Positions 60,765 to 64,000 of a stretch of DNA of 64,000 nt are shown piece after piece; the first letter of the stretch is position 1; every line of letters begins with the position of its first letter. The stretch spans positions 79,653 through 143,652 of the forward strand of contig CAJTUE010000003.1 in the NCBI GenBank assembly GCA_910579775.1. The letters run 5' to 3'. Under the pieces are notes generated by a model that searched no databases, was not told the DNA's origin, and saw only the letters and a list, made by a program, of their open reading frames with translations. The translations under genes were made by a program, and so were the position numbers. The DNA comes from an uncultured Oscillospiraceae bacterium (GTDB lineage Bacteria > Bacillota > Clostridia > Oscillospirales > Oscillospiraceae).

Positions 60765-63074
60765 CTACGGCTTCCGCGCCGGGAGACGCTGAAGGATCAC
60801 CTCCACCCCGGCGGTCCAGGCCATCAGGGCGGGGAGGATGAACCACATGACCCCGTGGGGGATCACCAGCGAGAAAAGCTCCGCCAGCAGCCACGCCGCC
60901 AGATAAAACCCCGCCGTCATGGTAACGAGCAGAACCAGCCGCCAGCGGTTCAGCGGGCGGCTGACAAAGTAGAGGTTCACCAGCCCGCCAAAGCCCACCA
61001 GCAAAACGCACAGGGTGGACAACTGGGCGGCGTCAAACCGGTGCCAGTTCAGCAGGGCCACGCACCACAGCACCGCGCTGGCCATGGCGGCCGCCCCCGG
61101 CAACGCCCGGCGAAATACGTTGTCCCGGAAGCGGCCGTGCACCCGCTCCAGATTCGGCTCCAAGGCCAGCAAAAAGGACGGGATGCCGATGGTCATGGTG
61201 CTGATAAGGCTCAGCTGGATCGGCTCAAAGGGATAGCCAACAGAGAAGAACAAAAAGCAGACGGCCAGAATGGTGGAAAAGCCAGTTTTGGTCAAAAACA
61301 GGGCGGAGGAGCGCTGGAGATTGTTGATGGCCCGCCGCCCCTCGTCCACCACATGGGGCAGGGCGGAGAAGTCGGAGTTCATAAGCACTACCTGGCTCAC
61401 GTTGCGGGCCGCCTCGCTGCCCGCCGCCATGGCAATGGAGCAGTCGCTCTCCTTGAGGGCCAGCACATCGTTCACCCCGTCTCCCGTCATGGCGACGGTA
61501 TGTCCGTCCTCCTTTAGGCTCTGAATGAGCCACAGCTTCTGCTGTGGGCTGACCCGGCCAAAGACGGTATATGTCTTCGCCGCCGCTCGAGTGGCCTCCT
61601 CGGTCAACAGCGTGGAGGCGTCCACCGTCCGCTCCGCCCCCTCCACCCCCACCCGGCGGGCCAAGGCGCTGACGGTGCGGGGATCGTCCCCGGAGATAAG
61701 CTTCAGCGCCACCCCCTGGCGCTTGAAATAGTCCACCGTCTCCTCCGCGCCGGGACGCAGGGTGTCCGCCAAAACGATCAAGCCCGCCGGACGCAGGTTT
61801 TCGGGCAGGGCGTCGCCGGTCCCAAAGTCCGCCTCCGACACCCCCACGCACAGCACCCGCAGGCCCTGCTCGGCGTATTCTGCCGCCTTGCCCTCCAGGC
61901 TCCAGCCCTCCGGGAACACAAAGGAGCCCGCCCCCAGCACCCAGCTCTCGCCCGCTGCCGTGCGGCATCCGCTCCACTTCACCTCCGAGCGGAAGGGAAG
62001 GCCCCGTAGGGTCTCTGCCGCCACCGTTCCATTCAAATAGTCCTTCAACGCCGCCGCCGTGGGATTTTCATCCCCGGTGGCGTTTAATATGGCCAAAACT
62101 CCCTCCCGCAAGCGGTTTTCCTCCATACTTGCCGCCGGCTCCAGGGCTGAAACTGCCATTTCTCCCGTGGTCAGGGTCCCCGTCTTATCCAGGCAAAGGG
62201 TATCCACCCGGGCCAGCAGTTCGATGGATGCCAGCTCCTGGCACAGCGCGTCCCGTCCGGCCAAACGGACCACTCCCACCGCCAGCACCACGCTGGTTAG
62301 AAGGATCAGCCCCTCAGGGATCATCCCCACCAGCGCCGCCACCGTCCGCACCACCGCCTCCTTGGGGGTGGCGTGGACAAAAAACCACTGCTTGACAAAC
62401 AGGGCGGCCCCCACAGGCAGGATCACCGCCGCCATAACCCGGATGATGCGGTCGATGGTGTTCAGGATCTCCGAGTCGGGGCGCTTCCAGCGTTTTCCCC
62501 CGGCGGCGATCTGGGCGGCGTAGTTCTCCGCGCCCACATGCTCCACCCTGGCAACGCAATGCCCCGAGGCCACAAAGCTTCCCGACAACAGCTTATCCCC
62601 CGCCGTGCGCTCCACCGCGTCCGACTCCCCGGTGAGCAGGGCCTCGTTCATGCGGCACACGCCCTCCAGGACCACGCTGTCCGCCCCCACCTGATCCCCG
62701 GCGGCGTAGCGGACGATATCCCCCCGCGCCAGCTCCTCCAGGGGCAGCTTCACCCAAACGCCGTCCCGCAGGGTATCGGCGTCAGGAGCAGCCACCACGG
62801 TGAGGCGGTCGATGACCGCCTTGGCCCGCAGTTCCTGGACGATGCCAATGACGATGTTGCAGAGGATGACCCCCATAAACAACAGGTTCTTCCACGAGCC
62901 CACCACCGCCACCAGCACCGCCAGCACGGCGCACAGAAGATTGGCGGGGGTGAGCAGATTCCCCCGAATGATCTCCTTGACCGACTTTGAGCGGGGAGCA
63001 GCTTGTACGTTCCCCTCTCCCGCCTCGTGCAGGGCCCGCGCCTCGCCCGTTGTCAAACCCCGGTATACCTCCAC
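60765..63074 (-). CDS. cation-transporting P-type ATPase (HAD superfamily)
   Basis: 769 aa. Phosphorylation motif CLDKTGTLT, TGES, MTGDGVNDVLALKESD, and multiple TM helices. Confidence 0.9.
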   Translation of the reverse strand: MEVYRGLTTGEARALHEAGEGNVQAAPRSKSVKEIIRGNLLTPANLLCAVLAVLVAVVGSWKNLLFMGVILCNIVIGIVQELRAKAVIDRLTVVAAPDADTLRDGVWVKLPLEELARGDIVRYAAGDQVGADSVVLEGVCRMNEALLTGESDAVERTAGDKLLSGSFVASGHCVARVEHVGAENYAAQIAAGGKRWKRPDSEILNTIDRIIRVMAAVILPVGAALFVKQWFFVHATPKEAVVRTVAALVGMIPEGLILLTSVVLAVGVVRLAGRDALCQELASIELLARVDTLCLDKTGTLTTGEMAVSALEPAASMEENRLREGVLAILNATGDENPTAAALKDYLNGTVAAETLRGLPFRSEVKWSGCRTAAGESWVLGAGSFVFPEGWSLEGKAAEYAEQGLRVLCVGVSEADFGTGDALPENLRPAGLIVLADTLRPGAEETVDYFKRQGVALKLISGDDPRTVSALARRVGVEGAERTVDASTLLTEEATRAAAKTYTVFGRVSPQQKLWLIQSLKEDGHTVAMTGDGVNDVLALKESDCSIAMAAGSEAARNVSQVVLMNSDFSALPHVVDEGRRAINNLQRSSALFLTKTGFSTILAVCFLFFSVGYPFEPIQLSLISTMTIGIPSFLLALEPNLERVHGRFRDNVFRRALPGAAAMASAVLWCVALLNWHRFDAAQLSTLCVLLVGFGGLVNLYFVSRPLNRWRLVLLVTMTAGFYLAAWLLAELFSLVIPHGVMWFILPALMAWTAGVEVILQRLPARKP

Positions 63075-63259
63075 TGCCGCCGCCTCCTACAGAACCTCAT
63101 TTTCCGCCATTATACCACACCCGTCTCGCCAATTGCTTTCATTTTTCTTAAATTCTCCTAAAACTTTCCCGGCGTCTCCTCCAGTCTTCGCCTGTCTTCG
63201 CCCTCGCCCCGGCGGTATGATGTGGACAAGCTTATTTCCCGGCCAAAGGAGGGTCTTTT

Positions 63260-63571
63260 ATGCCCATTCAAGCCAAGGAGGAAAACGGCGCTCTCACCGT
63301 CTTTTTGAGCGGCGACATCGACCACGCCTCCGCCCGATCCATGATGCTCGCCCTGGACAAGGAGGTGGCCCGCCGCGCTCCCGGTCTGCTCCGGGTGGAC
63401 ATGTCCGGCGTAACCTTTATGGACAGCTCGGGAATCGCCGTGCTGCTGCGGACCTGGCGGCGGGTCCAGGAGGCCGACGCCGCCATGGAGGTCACCGCCG
63501 TCCCCCGCCAGCCCTGGAAGGTATTTGCCACCGCGGGATTACCTAAGATCATTCCCATGAGCACCTTATAA
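63260..63571 (+). CDS. spoIIAA: anti-sigma-F factor antagonist (STAS domain)
   Basis: 103 aa, ..VDMSGVTFMDSSGIAVLL.., directly upstream of a SpoIIAB-like kinase. RBS AAAGGAGGG. Confidence 0.85.
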   Translation: MPIQAKEENGALTVFLSGDIDHASARSMMLALDKEVARRAPGLLRVDMSGVTFMDSSGIAVLLRTWRRVQEADAAMEVTAVPRQPWKVFATAGLPKIIPMSTL

Positions 63572-63585
63572 AGGAGGTCCTACAT

Positions 63586-64000
63586 ATGATCCCCATTTTG
63601 AACCAGGCCACCATCTTATTTCCTTCCAAAAGCGCCAACGAGGCCTTTGCCCGCTCCGCCGCCGCCGTCTTCGCCGCCCAGCTGGACCCCACCCTGGAGG
63701 AGCTGGGAGACGTGAAGACCGCCGTCAGCGAGGCAGTGACCAACGCCATTGTCCACGCCTACCCCGAGGAGCTAGGGGTGGTCACCCTGCGCCTGCGCAT
63801 TTTGGAGGGGCGCATTTTTGAGGTCATGGTGAAGGATAAGGGGGTTGGCATCCCCGACGTGGAGCAGGCCCGCCAGCCCCTCTACACCACCGGGGACGAC
63901 TCCCGCTCGGGCATGGGCTTCACCATTATGGAAAGTTTTATGGACTCTCTGCGGGTGCGTTCGATCCCTGGAAAAGGGTCTACGGTGACCATGCGCAAGC
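63586..64000 (+). CDS. spoIIAB: anti-sigma-F factor (Ser kinase), 5' part, running off the window
   Basis: ATG at 63586 after AAAGGAGG. ..DVKTAVSEAVTNAIVHAY.. (N box) and ..DKGVGIPDV..SGMGFTIMESFMD... Confidence 0.85.
   Translation, partial: MIPILNQATILFPSKSANEAFARSAAAVFAAQLDPTLEELGDVKTAVSEAVTNAIVHAYPEELGVVTLRLRILEGRIFEVMVKDKGVGIPDVEQARQPLYTTGDDSRSGMGFTIMESFMDSLRVRSIPGKGSTVTMRK

Noticed and set aside
60576-60792. The 3' extension of the 135-aa ORF 60385-60792.
   Set aside because: It reads through a terminator-like hairpin and GC-rich repeats and overlaps the convergent P-type ATPase gene. It has no similarity to the paralogue at 38878 and is best explained by a frameshift.
63160-63215. The direct repeat gtcttcgcc-t-gtcttcgcc upstream of spoIIAA, as a possible Spo0A box or sigma-H promoter element.
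   Set aside because: It does not match the TGTCGAA 0A-box or the sigma-H -35/-10 consensus closely enough to call.
1-64000. A search for mobile-element hallmarks (transposase, integrase, recombinase, tRNA-flanked island borders) around the 29-kb surface-protein island.
   Set aside because: None was recognised. The island is flanked by ordinary genes and promoters, so I do not call a genomic island or mobile element despite the mosaic GC patches.

Overview
This is a high-GC chromosome segment from a spore-forming Firmicutes/Clostridia-type organism. Sampled 60-nt lines count about 65% G+C. The taxonomic guess rests on spoIIAA/spoIIAB, rny and SLH-anchored surface proteins; it looks Oscillospiraceae-like, but the taxon cannot be fixed from this window. 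Positions 1-29.5 kb form a minus-strand cell-surface island. It holds an SLH-anchored 5'-nucleotidase, a Tyr-phosphatase-like protein missing its catalytic Cys, an orphan histidine kinase, and a roughly 25-kb three-gene operon. The operon encodes a 2,081-aa secreted repeat protein with no recognisable anchor, then a 5,922-aa SLH-anchored giant protein, then a 376-aa free-standing copy of the giant's anchor module. The operon is the main candidate for something new. I recognise no catalytic, toxin or secretion-machinery motif in its roughly 8,400 aa. It has nested repeat architectures, a very recent intragenic duplication and AT-rich mosaic patches. Positions 29.5-64 kb are core housekeeping: rpsO-pnp, prfB, an ABC exporter, rny, dCMP deaminase, PadR, metY, a DEAD-box helicase, cinA, comM/yifB, thiI, a CNNM/TlyC protein, an acyltransferase-3/MBOAT/DHHW O-acylation cluster, CIRCE-htpG, thyA, a P-type ATPase and spoIIAA-spoIIAB. 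This half is interspersed with structured non-coding repeats. One is a long-hairpin element placed in sense orientation directly at the stop codons of pnp and prfB. Another is a 0.5-kb array of consecutive hairpins. There are also two paralogous divergent cassettes, each an XRE regulator plus a small CxxC/GHC protein. I recognised no rRNA, tRNA, CRISPR array, transposase or integrase. All calls come from reading the sequence and ORF track; no searches or folding programs were run.
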